Assembly: GCF_004010195.1 (NCBI RefSeq)
Contig: NC_057720.1
Location: forward strand, 10,482,355 to 10,546,354
Direction of reading: 5' to 3'
Origin: Chiloscyllium plagiosum
Lineage: Eukaryota
Length of the DNA stretch: 64,000 nt
How positions within the stretch are numbered: the first letter of the stretch is position 1; each line of letters starts with the position of its first letter. Under the pieces are notes generated by a model that was not told the DNA's origin, did no database searches, and saw only the letters and a list, made by a program, of their open reading frames with translations. Of this stretch, positions 38,420-51,559 are shown piece after piece. The translations under genes and the position numbers were made by a program.

Positions 38420-40265
38420 TACAAATTAGGAGAAGGTGTTTGGGCCAGCCCTGCCATTCATTAAGATAATGGATAATCTGGTTTAATCCTCAATTACACA
38501 TTGCGACCTACCTCAGTGACCTTTCACCCCATTGCTTGTCAAGGATCTGTCTACCTCTGCCTTAAAAGTACTCGGAGATTCTGCATCTACTACCTTTTAG
38601 ATCATAAGATAAATGGCTAGAGTTAGGCTATTTGGCCCATTAAGTTAGCTCCATTATTCGATCATGGCTGGTATGTTTCACAACCCCATTATTCTCCTGC
38701 CTCCTGCCTTCTCCCCATAGCCCTTAATTTCCTTACCAGTCAAGAACCTATCTCTGATAGGTATTTAAGTCAAATACACTCAATGACATGGCCTTCACAG
38801 CCTTCTGCAGCAATAAGTTCCACAGATTCAGCACTCTCGGACTGAAGAAACTTCTCCTCATCTCAGTTGTAAAGGATTGTTCCTTTGCTCTGAGGCTGTG
38901 CCCTCAGATTCTGGTCTCTCCTACCAGTAGAAACATCTTCTCCACGCCCACACTATGCAGGCCTCTCATATGCTGTAAGTTTCAATCAGATCCCCCCTCA
39001 TCCTTCTAAACTCCATCGAGTACAGACCCAGAGTCTTCAACCGCTCCTCATATGACAAGCCCTTCATCTCCAGGATCATTCTTGTGAACCTCCACTGGAC
39101 ACTCTCCAAGGACAGTACATATTTCCGAAGTTACAGAGCCAAACATTGCTCACAATATTCCAAATGTGGTCTGATCAGAGCCTTGTACAGACTCAGCAGT
39201 ACACCATTCTCTTGTATTCCAGCCTTCTCAAAATGAGTGTTAATATTGCATTCACCTTCCTAACTGCCAACTGAACCTGCATGTTAACCCTCAGAGAATC
39301 CTGAACTAGGACTCCCAAGTATTCATCCAGTAAACCTTCTTTGAACAGCCTCCAACATTTTTACATCTTTCCTTAAAGTTGGAGACCAATACAGGATACA
39401 TTACTCCACTATCTCACTAATGCCCTGTGTAAGTGAAGCATAATCTCCCTACTTTTGTATTCATTTCCCCTGCAATAAATAGCAACATTATTTGCTTTCT
39501 TAATGACTTGCTGGATCTGCAAACTAACCTGTTGTGATTCATGCACTTGGATATCTAGTCTCCTTTGCAATGTGTCACCATTTAGATGTTTTAGTCTTCC
39601 TGCAAACATTAACAATTTCATATTTTCCTACATTGTATTCCATTTGCTAGGTTTATGCTCACTCATCTAGTGTACCTATAACATTTTGTACTCTCCTTGT
39701 ATCCTCTTCATCACTTACTTTCCTATCTACTTTCCTGTTGTGAGCAAATTGTTCAACCATTACTTCAGGTCCAATAGATGTGGAGCTGGAAAAGCACAGC
39801 AGGTCAGACAGCATCCGAGGAGCAGGAAAATCAATGTTTCTGGCCGAACCCCTTCACCAGGACTAAGGTCATTACTTCAGATCCCTTCATCTGAATCATT
39901 TACTTCGATCGTAAAGAGTTGAGGACCCAGTGCTGATCCCTGTGGCATACCATGCCCATTCAACCAGAAAATGACCCACATGTGTACTCTGCTTCCTCCT
40001 ATTCGATACCAAGATGTTACCACTTACACCATAAGCCTTTGTTTTCTGCAGTAACCATTGATGTGGCACTTTATCAAATGGTTTCTGAAAGTCTACTTTG
40101 CATCCACTTTACAAAGAACTCCAATAAATTGGTTAGATGTGATTTCTTTTTTAACAAAATTATGTTGTCTCTGCCTTGAATTTCTCTATTAGCCCTGTTT
40201 TAATGCCTGTCACAATTGATTTTAACATTATTCCAATGACAATACATCATCTTAACTAACCTACA
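38420..40265 (-). mobile_element. Cluster of nested, degraded CR1/L2-clade fragments
   Basis: Several minus-strand RT 3' motifs (HLEYCEQ, YKSREIMLHLHRALVR); boundaries approximate. Confidence 0.65.
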
Positions 40266-40294
40266 GCCTCCTGCTTTCTGTCTTTCTTTCTCCA

Positions 40295-41665
40295 TTTGTG
40301 GGATATGGGTGTCCCTCGCTGGGCCGGCATTTATTGACAGTCCCTGGTTGTCCTTGAGAAGATGGTGGTGAGCTGCCTTCTTGCACTGCTGCAGTCCACC
40401 TGCAATGGGTTGACCTACAATGCCATTAGGGAAGGAATTCTAGAATTTTGTGAACAGTGAACAGGATTTTGCAACAGTGAACAAACGACAATATATTTCC
40501 AAGAAAGGATGGTGAGTAGCTTGGAGGGGAACTTGAAGATAGTGGTGCACCCATGTATCTGCTGTGCTTGTCCTTCTGAATGGTAGTGGTTTTGAGTTTG
40601 GAAGGTGCAGTCTGAGGATCTTGGGGGAATTTCTTCATAGCACCTTGTAGATAGTACACACTGCTGCTATTGAGCGTCGGTGGTAGAGGGAGTACATGCT
40701 TCTGGATGTGGTGCTAATCTAGTGGGCTGATTTGTCCTGCATAGTGTCAAGTTCTTTGAGTGTTGTTGGAGCTGCACTCATCCAGGCAAGTGGGGAATAT
40801 TCCATCATACTACAGACTTGTGCCTTGTATATGACTTTGGGGAGTTAGGAAGTGAGTTACTTGCTGTAGTATTCCCAGCCTCTGATTTTGTAGTGACTGT
40901 ATTTATATGGTGAGTCCGGCTGAGTTTCCGGTCAATGGTCATCCCCAGAATGTTGACAGTGGGGGATTCAATGATTGTAACACTATTGAATGTCATGGGG
41001 CAGGAGTTAGAATGTCTCATTGATGATGGCGAAAGCCTAGCATTTGTGTGGCATGAATGTTACTTGCCACTTGTCAGTCCAAGTTTGGATATTGTCAAGA
41101 TCTTGTTGCATTTCAACGTAGACTGCTTCAGTATCTGAGGAGACACAAATGGTGCTGTCCATTGCACAATCATCAGCGATTATATCCCCACTGCTGACCT
41201 TATGATGGAGGGAATGAGGTGATGAAGCAGCTGAAGATGCTTGGGTTTAGGACACTACCCTGAAGACGTCTGCAGAAATGTCCTGGAGCTGAGATGACTG
41301 ATCTCCAACAATGACGCCATTTTCGTATGGGTCAGGTATGACTTCAACGAGCAGAGAGTTTCCTCTGATACCCATTGTTTCCAATTTTGCTCGGGCTCCT
41401 TGATGCTGCACTCAGTTGAATGCAGCCTTGATGTCAAGGGCAGTCACTCTCACATCCCCCCTGGAGTTCAGTTCTTTTGTCCATGTTTGAATCAAGGCTG
41501 TAATAAGGTCAGGAATTGAATGACCCTGACGGAACCCAAACTGGCCATTACTGAGCAGGTCATTGCTGAGCAGGTGCTGCATGACAGCGCTGTCTGTGAC
41601 ACCTTACATCACTTGAGAGTCTATTGATGGGGTGGTAATTGGCTGGGTGGGATTTGTCCTGATTT
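40295..41665 (-). mobile_element. Older CR1/L2-clade LINE RT fragment
   Basis: PANYHPI, LDIKAAFN and ESPTVNILGMTIDRKL remnants; 3' tail shared with 7665-8335. Confidence 0.8.
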
Positions 41666-41970
41666 TTATGTACAGTCTTATTCCGATTTCCTGGAGTGAC
41701 AACTGGGAATGGAGAAATGAACAGGAATTTCAAAATCAGTGTGTGTATTTTAAAACAGCAATCCCACAAATGTAAATGATTTAAATCACTTTTACACAAA
41801 ATTGATGCAAAGTGGCAAATTCTGTAAGTTCAATCCAATTCTGCTAGGCTTAAATTTAATTGAAAGTAATGTGTACTAACTTGGGTAATTGCAGAACAGG
41901 TAGCTCATCACTACAAATCTTTAGTTCCTATTCATCGTTTCATGAAAAATTAAGAAGTATTATGTAAATA

Positions 41971-43219
41971 CAGGAAGTGCCCCAGTCACAAGCGAGTTCC
42001 GTTTTTAACTTCCTTTCGTAAGTTGAATTTGTATGTAAGTCAGAACAGTTACGTATGGTTCACATCTAGCGTCAATTAGTCAAATGTTTGTCTTAGTATA
42101 TTGTATATATTTTACCTAAAACATCTTAAATATAATAATACAGTAATAATAATAGATGTAACTACAGTACAGTATTGATAATTGAGAGAGACAATATGTG
42201 TGTGTGTGTTTAGGTATAAAAAACATGAAAGAAACATTTCTTAAACTGTTTAGAAAGAAAAGATAATGATTAAAGGTTAACACCTACTCTCATTCCAATC
42301 CATGTTTTGCATATCGGAAGGGGCCTTAATGAATAATTAAGATGACTTTATTAATTGGATGATGAGCCTGGTGTTGGACAGGATGGGCCTGGTGTTGGAG
42401 AGGATGGCACTCCCTCCGCGACTCCCTTGTCAGATCCACTGACCTGCTGTGCTGTTCCAGCAATAAAGTTTCAACTTTGATCTCCAGCATCTGCAGACCT
42501 CACTTTCTCCCCGTTGGAGAGGATGGGCCTGGTATTCACAAGGAAGAACCTGGTGCTGGAGAGTCAGGGATTGATACAACTACTGGAGAGTCAGGGTCTG
42601 ATTCTGCTGCTGCAGAGTGGGGGGTTTACTTCGGAAGCCAGTTTCTTAAAGTAAACATCAAGGGTGGCTTGAACAGAGATTTTCTTTTTCTCATTGTAAA
42701 ATGCCTTGTAGCAGCTGAGGCCATCAGTAACTATCCGGTAAACTTTGGTGAACCTCTCTGCATTAGGATCTTACTCCTCTAACTTTGCCATCCCTATTTC
42801 AATGACAGAAAGGCTTCAGCTAACTCCTTCATCAAAAACATCTTGGGTTCTGGGGTTTCTAGGTCCCAGCCTCCTTCATCAAATGCTATCATCTGCTGCT
42901 CCAGCGCCATAGGGTCTTCATTGGTCAGGTCTTTGGCATGGGATTTAAGCAAGTCTAAGACACCGTCTTCACTAATGTCTAACTGCAGTTGATTGTTATC
43001 AATACCAACCACAGCATGCCTGGCTTCAGCGATGTCCTCAGCTATATGTGGCATTGTTCTCCCTCGTGCCGATGAACCGTTGAAAATATGCAGTGTTTTG
43101 AGCATTGTGCAAAGTAGTAGTTAGTACAAACCACTGTATGTAACTCAATATTTTTAAAATAATAGGCTTTGCGGAGGTCAGTTCGTAAGTTCAGGTATTC
43201 ATAACCTGGGAAAAGCCTG
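41971..43219 (-). mobile_element. Tigger/pogo DNA transposon, internally deleted
   Basis: TA-flanked imperfect TIRs (caggaagtgccccagtcacaa / ataacctgggaaaagcctg). ORF 42794-43105 LDISEDGVLDLLKSHAKDLTNEDPMALEQ...EPKMFLMKELAEAF resembles the Tigger transposase C-terminus. Confidence 0.85.
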
Positions 43220-44799
43220 TAATGCATTAAACTGAAATCTTACAACATGCCAAGGGACCATAATTTTTTTTGGATGAGATGACTTTTGTGTTTCCTTTAG
43301 TATTAAAACTCCACCATTGAATACATTGCTTCTCGTAATCCCTCAAAACATTATTCAGCTTTGTGTAATATTTGGGCAATTGCACTTCCATTTTAAAAGG
43401 TTGGGTTTATTATAAACTATCTCTTGATGAAAATGAATATTACTGAAAAAGACAAATACCTTGTTGAAGCTTTTCATCTTGATATGACACAGAGACAAAG
43501 AGACGAACAAAAACAGCCTTTCTATCTCTGTATTCACATTAAACCATCAAAGGGCCTGAAATAGTCACTCCAATAGTTGCTAACCAGATTTTGAACAACC
43601 TGTCCCAGACTTAGTGAAAAATCCATTTCTAGACACTGGTTTTGTATCTCCAATGAAAGGGGGATGATGGCCTAGTGATATTATTGATCAAGCATTAAGC
43701 CAGAAACTCAGGAAATTTTCCAGGGACTTGGATTTGAGTCCCACTCATGGCAGATGGTGAGTTCAATAAAAAAATCCAGAATTATGAATCTCCTGATGAC
43801 CATGAAACAATTGCCAGAAAAAATTCTAATAATGAATGTCCTTCCTTTAGGGAAATGGACCTGCCAGCTTCACGTGATCTGGTCTACGTGTGACTCCAGA
43901 CCCACAGCAATGTTGTACTAATCATTATAAAGTCTCAACAAAGAAAGGAGACCAGATGGATCACCTGGCACCTTAACAGACAATGGCAGAAACAGCCCTG
44001 TCAACCCTGCAAAGTCCTCCTGACTTACATCTGTGGGCTAGTGCCAAAATTAGGAGAGCTGTCTGACAGACTAGTCAGGCAATGAAATTACGTGGTCATA
44101 CTCATGTAACCTTACCTTACAGACAAAGTCCCAGACACCACCACCGTTATTTCTAGATATGTTCTGTCCCACTGGCAGGACAGACCCAGCAAAGGTGATT
44201 GCGTAGTGGGCATACAGTCAGGAGGGAGTTGCCCTGGGTGTCCTCATGGCTTCAGGTTAAACAAGGGCAAAGAAACCTCCTGCTGATTATCATGTACCAT
44301 TCTCCCTTGGTTGATAAATCAGTCCTTGTCTATGTTGAACAACACTTTAGAGGAATCATTGAAGATGGCAGGGGCATGAAATGTATTTTGTGGAGTGGGT
44401 GGGGGTTTCGATGTCTGCCACTGAGAGGGGTCAGCAGCAGCAGTACTGATCGAGCTGGTCAGGTTCTAAAGGACATTGCTGCTAAACTGGGTGTGTCTCA
44501 GCATTGTGTCTCTTAGAATCATGTAATCAAGTCTCAGCCTGCAATTAGTGTCCAGGACCAGCCTCACAAACAAACAGAGCTTGCTTGGTCTGTTCATTCT
44601 CTTTTAACTCACATTGTCCCAAAGTCCCATCAGGCATTTTATGATGGGCCAGATTAGACCTGCTCAAAATATATTAAGAAAGTAGCCTTGACCCTAACTT
44701 TTTCATATTTCAAAGGTAAATGTGAGGTGCTGTGTTCCAGATACAATTTGACTGGTCAAACTATTCAGGGTTAAGCAAAAAGAGTATCTTGGCAAGTCT

Positions 44800-46130
44800 C
44801 TGAAATATCGATGTGCATTTTTCCTACCAAATGGTATGACTTTAAATTGGTACAGTCCATTTAGTGTCACAAAAGTTAAAATTTTCTTCGCTCTTTCAGT
44901 AAAAGTACCTGCCAGAATCCTCTGACTAAGTCCAACTGAGAAAAATAAGTTGCTTGTTCTGTTTTCTCAACACAGTCTTCCAAATGTGGAATTGGACATG
45001 AATCAGATTTTGTAACTGCATTGACCTTGTGGTAGTTGTTGGGAACCATCTGGTTTTTGCACCATTAATATGGGTGAGCTCCAGTCACTGCATCTCACGT
45101 TGATTATGTTGTTATCAAGCATGCACTCAATCTCTTTTTGAACCTGTGCCAACTTTAGTGGGTTAAGTTGATAAGGATGTTGCTGAATTGGAATAACAGT
45201 TTCTAACTCTACATCATGTATAATTAGATTAGTATTTCCCAGCATTTCCCCATATACCTCTCCATGAGATTGTAATAGTTCTTTCAAGTCATTTCAGTTT
45301 CCCTCTGTATGGTAACTTAATAATTTATGCCAATTTTTGAGAACTTACTCATTTTCCAATTTAATTTGAGGAAGGTCCAATTCTGAACTTGTTTCTTCAT
45401 TTAGTGTTGTAAACAGTAACACATTCTCATTTTGCTTTCTGTCCCTATCAAACTACCTTTTGAGCACATTCACATGACACACTTTGTGTCATGGTATTCT
45501 TATTAAATAGTTCATCTCACTTAATCTCCTTTCAATTTAATAAGGCCCATCAGACATTGCTTTTAAAGGTTTATTTACCACTGAGAAATAACACTAATAT
45601 TCTATCTCCACTAGATTAATCCCAAATATTTGATTCCTTGTCAGCTTCCAGTTTCATCACATGTTGTGCTACACTTAAATGACATCTAGCCAACTCACCC
45701 TTTCCCTAAATCTTTCCCTAAAAGTTGACACATCATCCACATATATGGTCTCTGACCCCTGACTCACCAATTTTTCCTTAATTAATTTCAGTGATCCTCT
45801 CACTTCATGCCCAAAAACTAATTCAAGATTCATTTGGTGCATCCCTAATAGCAAAAAAAGTACAAATGGAATTGCTTTATCTCAATCCTCTGTATAGTCT
45901 TGACTATAAGCCCTCATCACAGTCTTTAAAGTTTGATGCTATCATTCTAATACTTCCTGTCATTTTGGATGGTATGTAGTGGATTTGAATTGTTTTATTC
46001 CTAGCTATCCATAACTTCCTTGAATAATTTTGATGTAAAATTTGACCCTTCATCTGATTGTATCTCTGTGGATAGTCCGTACCTCACGAAAAACATTAAG
46101 CAACTCCTCTATAATCATTTTAGCTGTGAA
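44800..46130 (-). mobile_element. Gypsy LTR-retrotransposon pol relic with integrase upstream of RT (Gmr1-like)
   Basis: YGLSTEIQSDEGSNFTSKLF...TYHP (about 46090-45965), GPY (about 45545), then PIQQHPYQLNP...WSSPILMVQKPDGS and GLYQFKVIPFG. Confidence 0.85.
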
Positions 46131-46329
46131 TGCATAAACTCCACATGGACACTTGTCCAAAGCTAGAATTGAACCCAGGTCCCCTGATAATGTGAGGTAG
46201 CAGTGCTCACCAACAATCCACTATCCTACCCACTCTGAGAAGACAAGAGAAAACTTGTGAATATAGCTTACTCTCCATGTGATCCGAGAGAGTTCTGCTT
46301 TGCTCCAATCATACCTGCAAAGCATCATC

Positions 46330-46650
46330 AGATTGATTAGATTAGATACAGTGTGGAAACAGGCCCTTTGGCCCAACAAGTCCACACCGACCCTCTGAAG
46401 CACAGCCCACCCAGACCCATTCCCCTACATTTACCCCTTCACCTAACACTACGGGCAATTTAGCATGGCCAATTCACCTAACCTGCACATCTTTAGAATG
46501 TGGGAGGAAACCGGAGAACCCGGAGGAAACCCACGCAGACACGGGGAGAATGTGCAAACTCCACACAGAGAGTTGCCTGAGGCGGGAATTGAACCCGGGT
46601 CTCTGGCGCTGTGAGGCAGCAGTGCTAACCACTGTGCCACCGTGCCACCC
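46330..46650 (-). mobile_element. Young full-length HE1-type tRNA SINE
   Basis: A box tggcacagtgg, B box ggttcaattcc, body gagtttgcacattctccccgtgtctgcgtggg, (tctaa)n tail. Confidence 0.93.
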
Positions 46651-47464
46651 TTTCAGCCATCTCTTTACCTAAGAACATCTGACCCCAGTCAGCTTTTGAA
46701 AGTTCTTGCCTAATACCGTCAAAAATCACCTTTCTCCAATTTAAAACTTCAACTTTTAGATCTGGTCTATCCTTTTCCACCGCTATTTTAAAACTAATAG
46801 AATTATGGTCGCTGGCCCCAAAGTGCTACCCCACTGACACCTGAGTCACCTGCCCTGCCTTATTGCCCAAGAATAGGTCAAGTTTTGCACCTTCTCTAGT
46901 AGGTACATCCACATACTGAATCAGAAAATTTTATTGTACACACGAATACCTCTCCATCTAAACCCTTAACACTATGGCAGATTGTGTGGAACTTAATGCA
47001 ATATTCAACATTCACCCTTTCAGAACACCGATTGTGTTCCAGCAACAGCACATTAGAAGACACCATGACAGTCTTCTGCCCTGCACCATGGATAAGAGAT
47101 ATCAGAGACAGGGCTGTGCATCTGAAGGTCTCTGTCAAAAATGAGCACACGAGCAATGGATCTGAATGGCCTCTGCATCCTTGAAATTGGGCAGATGTTG
47201 CTCCTCAGCGACTATCTCTAAGCAGTAACTAACTCATCAGATGGAATGTAATGCATTCCCTTGTGACATCTTTGGTGGTGGAAGTGGGGGCATTTAATCC
47301 AGTGGGAGAAATATTAATGACTGGAATGTGGACAGAGAGGAGGCACAATTTCAAAGTTTGCAAATGTTTTGAAATGTCTTTGAAGTGAGGAGGCTGGTGA
47401 CAGAGTTCAGGAGGATACAGGCGGCTGTAGCAAATGGAGCAGACAGGTGGGATGGTTGCAATGC

Positions 47465-48033
47465 AGAAGTAGGCATTTCAGCCCATCATGTCCATGCCAG
47501 CTATCTGCAAAAGCAAATCTGCCTTTGAAGGTGCTGGGAGCTGAATACATTCACAGGGAAATTGCTCAGCTCTTTGAGGGAGATAATTCTATGACTCTCC
47601 AAGAATGGAGCTGAGAAATGGTTGAATTACTTTGCAGGGAAATGTGCCATCATGACTTGACTTCTGGCCTTAAATAACTCAGTGTCGTGACCCCTGTTTA
47701 CCCATTAATCAACTTACAACCTGTCGATGAAGATCTCAACCCACAAGAAGAAGGCATTTCAGCCCATCATGTCCATGCCAGCTATCTGCAAAAGCAAATC
47801 TGCCTTTGAAGGTGCTGGGAGCTGAATACATTCACAGAGAAATTGCTCAGCTCTTTGAGGGAGATAAGTCTACAGCTGTACAAGGATGGAACTGGGAAAT
47901 GATTGAATTACTCTCCAGGGAAATGGTCTTGATGCACCAAGCCAATTCCATGTGCCATCATGACTTGACTTCTGGCCTAACATAACTTGGTGTTGTGACC
48001 CCTGTTTACCCATTAATCAACTTTCAACCTGTC
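47465..48033. repeat. Tandem duplication of about 260-285 bp
   Basis: aggcatttcagcccatcatgtccatgccagc... at 47471 and 47752; both copies end in cccattaatcaactt.caacctgtc. Confidence 0.93.
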
Positions 48034-48224
48034 TACTCAAAAACAATTTATCCCCATCATCACTTTGTCAGAATCACACTGAGGAATATGTTTCACTCCA
48101 TTGCAAAGTGCTGGCTCTTTGATCCTGTTTTGGGAACTAAGATGTTTTAAACTGGGTGTGAATCTTCTGGCATCACCCAGACAGTCTCAGTACAGGTACT
48201 CGGGGGGTACTGCAATGTCAGTGA

Positions 48225-50268
48225 TGTAATTCCTCTGAGACAGGCAAGAAGGGGTAAGATAAAGGAACCTTGGATGACGAGAGCAGAGGAGCTTCTCGTC
48301 AAAAGAAAGAAGGCAGCTTACGTAAGGTGGAGGAAGCAAGGGTCTTGCTCAGCTCTAGAGAATTACAGGCAGACAAGGAAGGAGCTCAAAAATAGTCTGA
48401 GGAGAGCCAGGAGGGGGCACGAAAAAAGCTTGGCAGAAAGGATTAGGAAGAATCCAAAGGCAATTTACACGTATGTGAGGAATAAGAGAATGATCAAAGA
48501 AAGAATAGGGCCGATCAGGGATAGCATAGGGAACTTGTGTATAGAGTCTGAGGAGGTAGGAGAAGCCCTAAAAGAGTTTTTTGCTTCTGTCTTTACTAAA
48601 GAAAGGGACCTTGTAGTGAATGAAACCATTGAGGAGCAGGTAAGCATGCTGGAATGGATAGAGATTGAGGAAGCTGATGTGCTGAAAATTTTGACAAACA
48701 TTAAGATTGACAACTCGCCAAGGCCAGACCAGATTTGTCCTCGGCTGTTTTGGGAAGGGAGAAATGTGATTGCTTCACCACTTGTGGAGATCTTTGCATC
48801 CTTCCTCTCCACCGGAGTCGTACCTGAGGACTGGAGGGAGGCAAATGTAATTCCTCTCTTCAAGAAAGGAAATAGGGAAATCCCCAGCAATTACAGACCA
48901 GACAGTCTCACGTCTGTCATCTGCAAGGTGTTAGAAAAGTTTCTGAGGGATAGGATTTATGAACATCTGGAAGAGCATGGCTTGATTAAATGCAGTCAGC
49001 ACGACTTTGTGAGGGGCAGATCATGCCTCACAAATCATATTGAGTTCTTTGAGGATGTTACTAGACAAGTTGATGAGGGTCGAGCAGTGGATGTGGTGTA
49101 TATGGACTTCAGCAAGGCATTTGATAAGGTTCCCCATGGGAGGCTCATTCAGAAGGTCAGGAGGATTGGGATACAGGGAAATTTAGCTGTCTGGATACAG
49201 AATTGGCTGGTCAACAGAAGATAATGAGTGGCAGTGGAAGGAAAGTACTCTACCTGGAAGTCAGTGGTGAGTGGTGTTCCACAGGGCTCTGTTCTTGGGC
49301 CTCTACTCTTTGTAATTCTTATTAATGACTTGGATGAGGAGATTGAAGGATGGGTTAGCAAGTTTGCAGATGACACAAAGGTTGGAGGTGTCGTTGACAG
49401 TAAAGTGGACTGTTTTAGGCTGCAGAATGATATTGACAGGATGCAGAGATGGTCTGAGAGGTGGCAGATGGAGTTCAACCTGGATAAATGCGAAGTGATG
49501 CATTTTTGAAGGTCGAACTTGAACGTTGAGGACAGGATTAAAGATAGGATTCTTGGCAGTGTGGAGGAACAAGGGATCATGGTGTGCAGGTACATAGATC
49601 CCTTAAAATGGCCATCCAAGTGAACAGGGTTGTTAAGAAAGCATATGGTGTTTTGGCTTTCATTAACAGGGGGATTGAGTTTAAGAGTCGTGAGATCTTG
49701 TTGCAGCTCTATAAAACTTTGGTTAGACCGCACTTGGAATACTGTGTCCAGTTCTGGTCGCCCTACTATAGGAAAGATGTGGATGCTTTGGAGAGGGTTC
49801 AGAGGAGGTTTACCAGGATGCTGCCTGGAATGGAGGGCTTATCTTACGAAGCGAGATTGACTGAGCTCGGACTTGTTTCATTGGAAAAAAGAAGGAAGAG
49901 AGGGGACCTAACTGAGGTGTACAAGATAATGAGAGGCATAGATTGAGTTGATTGCCAGAGACTTTTTCCCAGGGCAGAAATTGTTAACACCAGGGGTCAT
50001 AGTTTTAAGCTATTTGGCGGAAAGTATAGAGGGGATGTCAGAGGCGGGTTCTTTACGCAGAGAGTTGTGAGAGCATGGAATGCGTTGCCAGCAGCAGTTG
50101 TGGAAGCGAGGACATTGGGGATATTTAAGAGACTGCTGGACATGCATATGGTCACAGAAATTTGAGTGTTCATACATTAGGTTTACCTTACATGAGGATC
50201 AATGGTCGGCACAACATCGTGGGCTGAAGGGCCTGTTCTGTGCTGTCCTGTTCTATGTTCTATGTTCT
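48225..50268 (+). mobile_element. Best-preserved CR1 LINE ORF2 (tether and RT) with 3' tail, 5'-truncated
   Basis: 316-aa ORF 48274-49224 plus follow-on ORFs separated by stops (VPQGSVLGPLLF, SKFADDTK, RPHLEYCVQFWSP); (ttctatg)n tail. Confidence 0.95.
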
Positions 50269-50331
50269 CTATGTAATTGTCAAGGAGGTGCATCAACGCA
50301 AGGCTCTAATGCTGAAGAAGGATGTAACAGA

Positions 50332-50538
50332 GCTGAAAATGTGTTGCTGGAAAAGCACAGCAGGTCAGCCAGCATCCAAGGAACAGGAGAATCGACGTTT
50401 TGGGCATAAGCCCTTCTTCAGGTTTATGCCCGAAACGTCGATTCTCCTGTTCCTTGGATGCTGCCTGACCTGCTGCACTTTTCCAGCAACACATTTTCAG
50501 CTCTGGTCTCCAGCATCTGCAGCCCTCACTTTCTCCTC
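50332..50538. mobile_element. Penelope-derived hairpin mini-element with flanking duplication
   Basis: About 80-bp near-perfect inverted arms around the hammerhead stem; flanked by gaag(g/a)atgtaacaga at 50317-50331 and 50539-50553. Confidence 0.88.
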
Positions 50539-51559
50539 GAAGAATGTAACAGATCAATGTAGGGTAAAGGAGTTTGTTCTGATGTTCTAATCGTTATTTA
50601 GGTTTTAAACCCACATCATAATAAACAGACTACCTAATTGTTGTCAAGTTAAAACAATATTGGGCCACATTTCTGCCATTACAATCGTGACTGCATTGTT
50701 TTAAATAAATGTACACTTTATTGGTTGTGAATGACCTTGGCAAGGCCTTGGGTTGTGAAATGTTAAACATAAATTCATGTCTTATTTCTTCCAAGAGCTA
50801 CACACTTGAATGTTCACATTATGTTCATTTTCTACAGGGTGTTAGTACTTTTCCTTGAAGCTGTATTTTTGCATATCAGTTATTCAGTTCACCCACATCA
50901 ATTTATCCTTTTGTAAGTTGCACATCATTGGCCATTCACAAGCACTATTGAGATCTGACTGTTTTAATTGTAGATTGTCTACTGTCCTCTCTCTTGCAGT
51001 TAACTTGGGATCATATGGAAACGTGCAGATCATTCCTCCACAATATGCACATCTCGATAAGATTGTTAGCTGCAACAGTTCCACAGATCCAACATTACTC
51101 CTGTGGAACACCACTGCAAGTCACAAAGATCATGCACACACATAATGCTTCCATCAACTTAACAAAATAGGTGACAGCCATTCTCTAGTGCATTCATCAG
51201 GGCAATGCCTTGACCAATTAGAGTCAATCTGCCTCACTGACATGTAAACAAAGCTTGGCCGTTAACTTGCAATCATCATCTAACTGGTGCATTCTCCATG
51301 CAATGCCTCTGCTGTTGCCAACTAACTAGCACTCTGTTTTCATACATTATAAAATGTTGTTCCCTTTTGCAGGCTTGCAAATGTCCAAATAAACACGGCT
51401 GATTAACTTCAACAAGATGTGTTTTCTTTCAGAAATGTACTTGATGTATATGTGCAGTGAAAATGACGTATTGAAACACTTAACTCTAACCAAGAGAGAG
51501 GGCAGTAGACAATCCACAACCAAAGCAGTCAGATCTAGATGGGGCTTGTAACTCTAACC

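Noticed and set aside
46575..46650. tRNA-like sequence with A and B boxes (also at 24965 and about 12030)
   Set aside because: SINE heads continuing into SINE body and tail, not tRNA genes.
48274..49224. Longest real ORF (316 aa) as a candidate domesticated gene
   Set aside because: Ordinary 5'-truncated CR1 ORF2 with downstream stops and a frameshift.
50985..51145. Good plus-strand acceptor (ctctcttgcag) followed by open frames
   Set aside because: No recognisable protein similarity and no partner exons.
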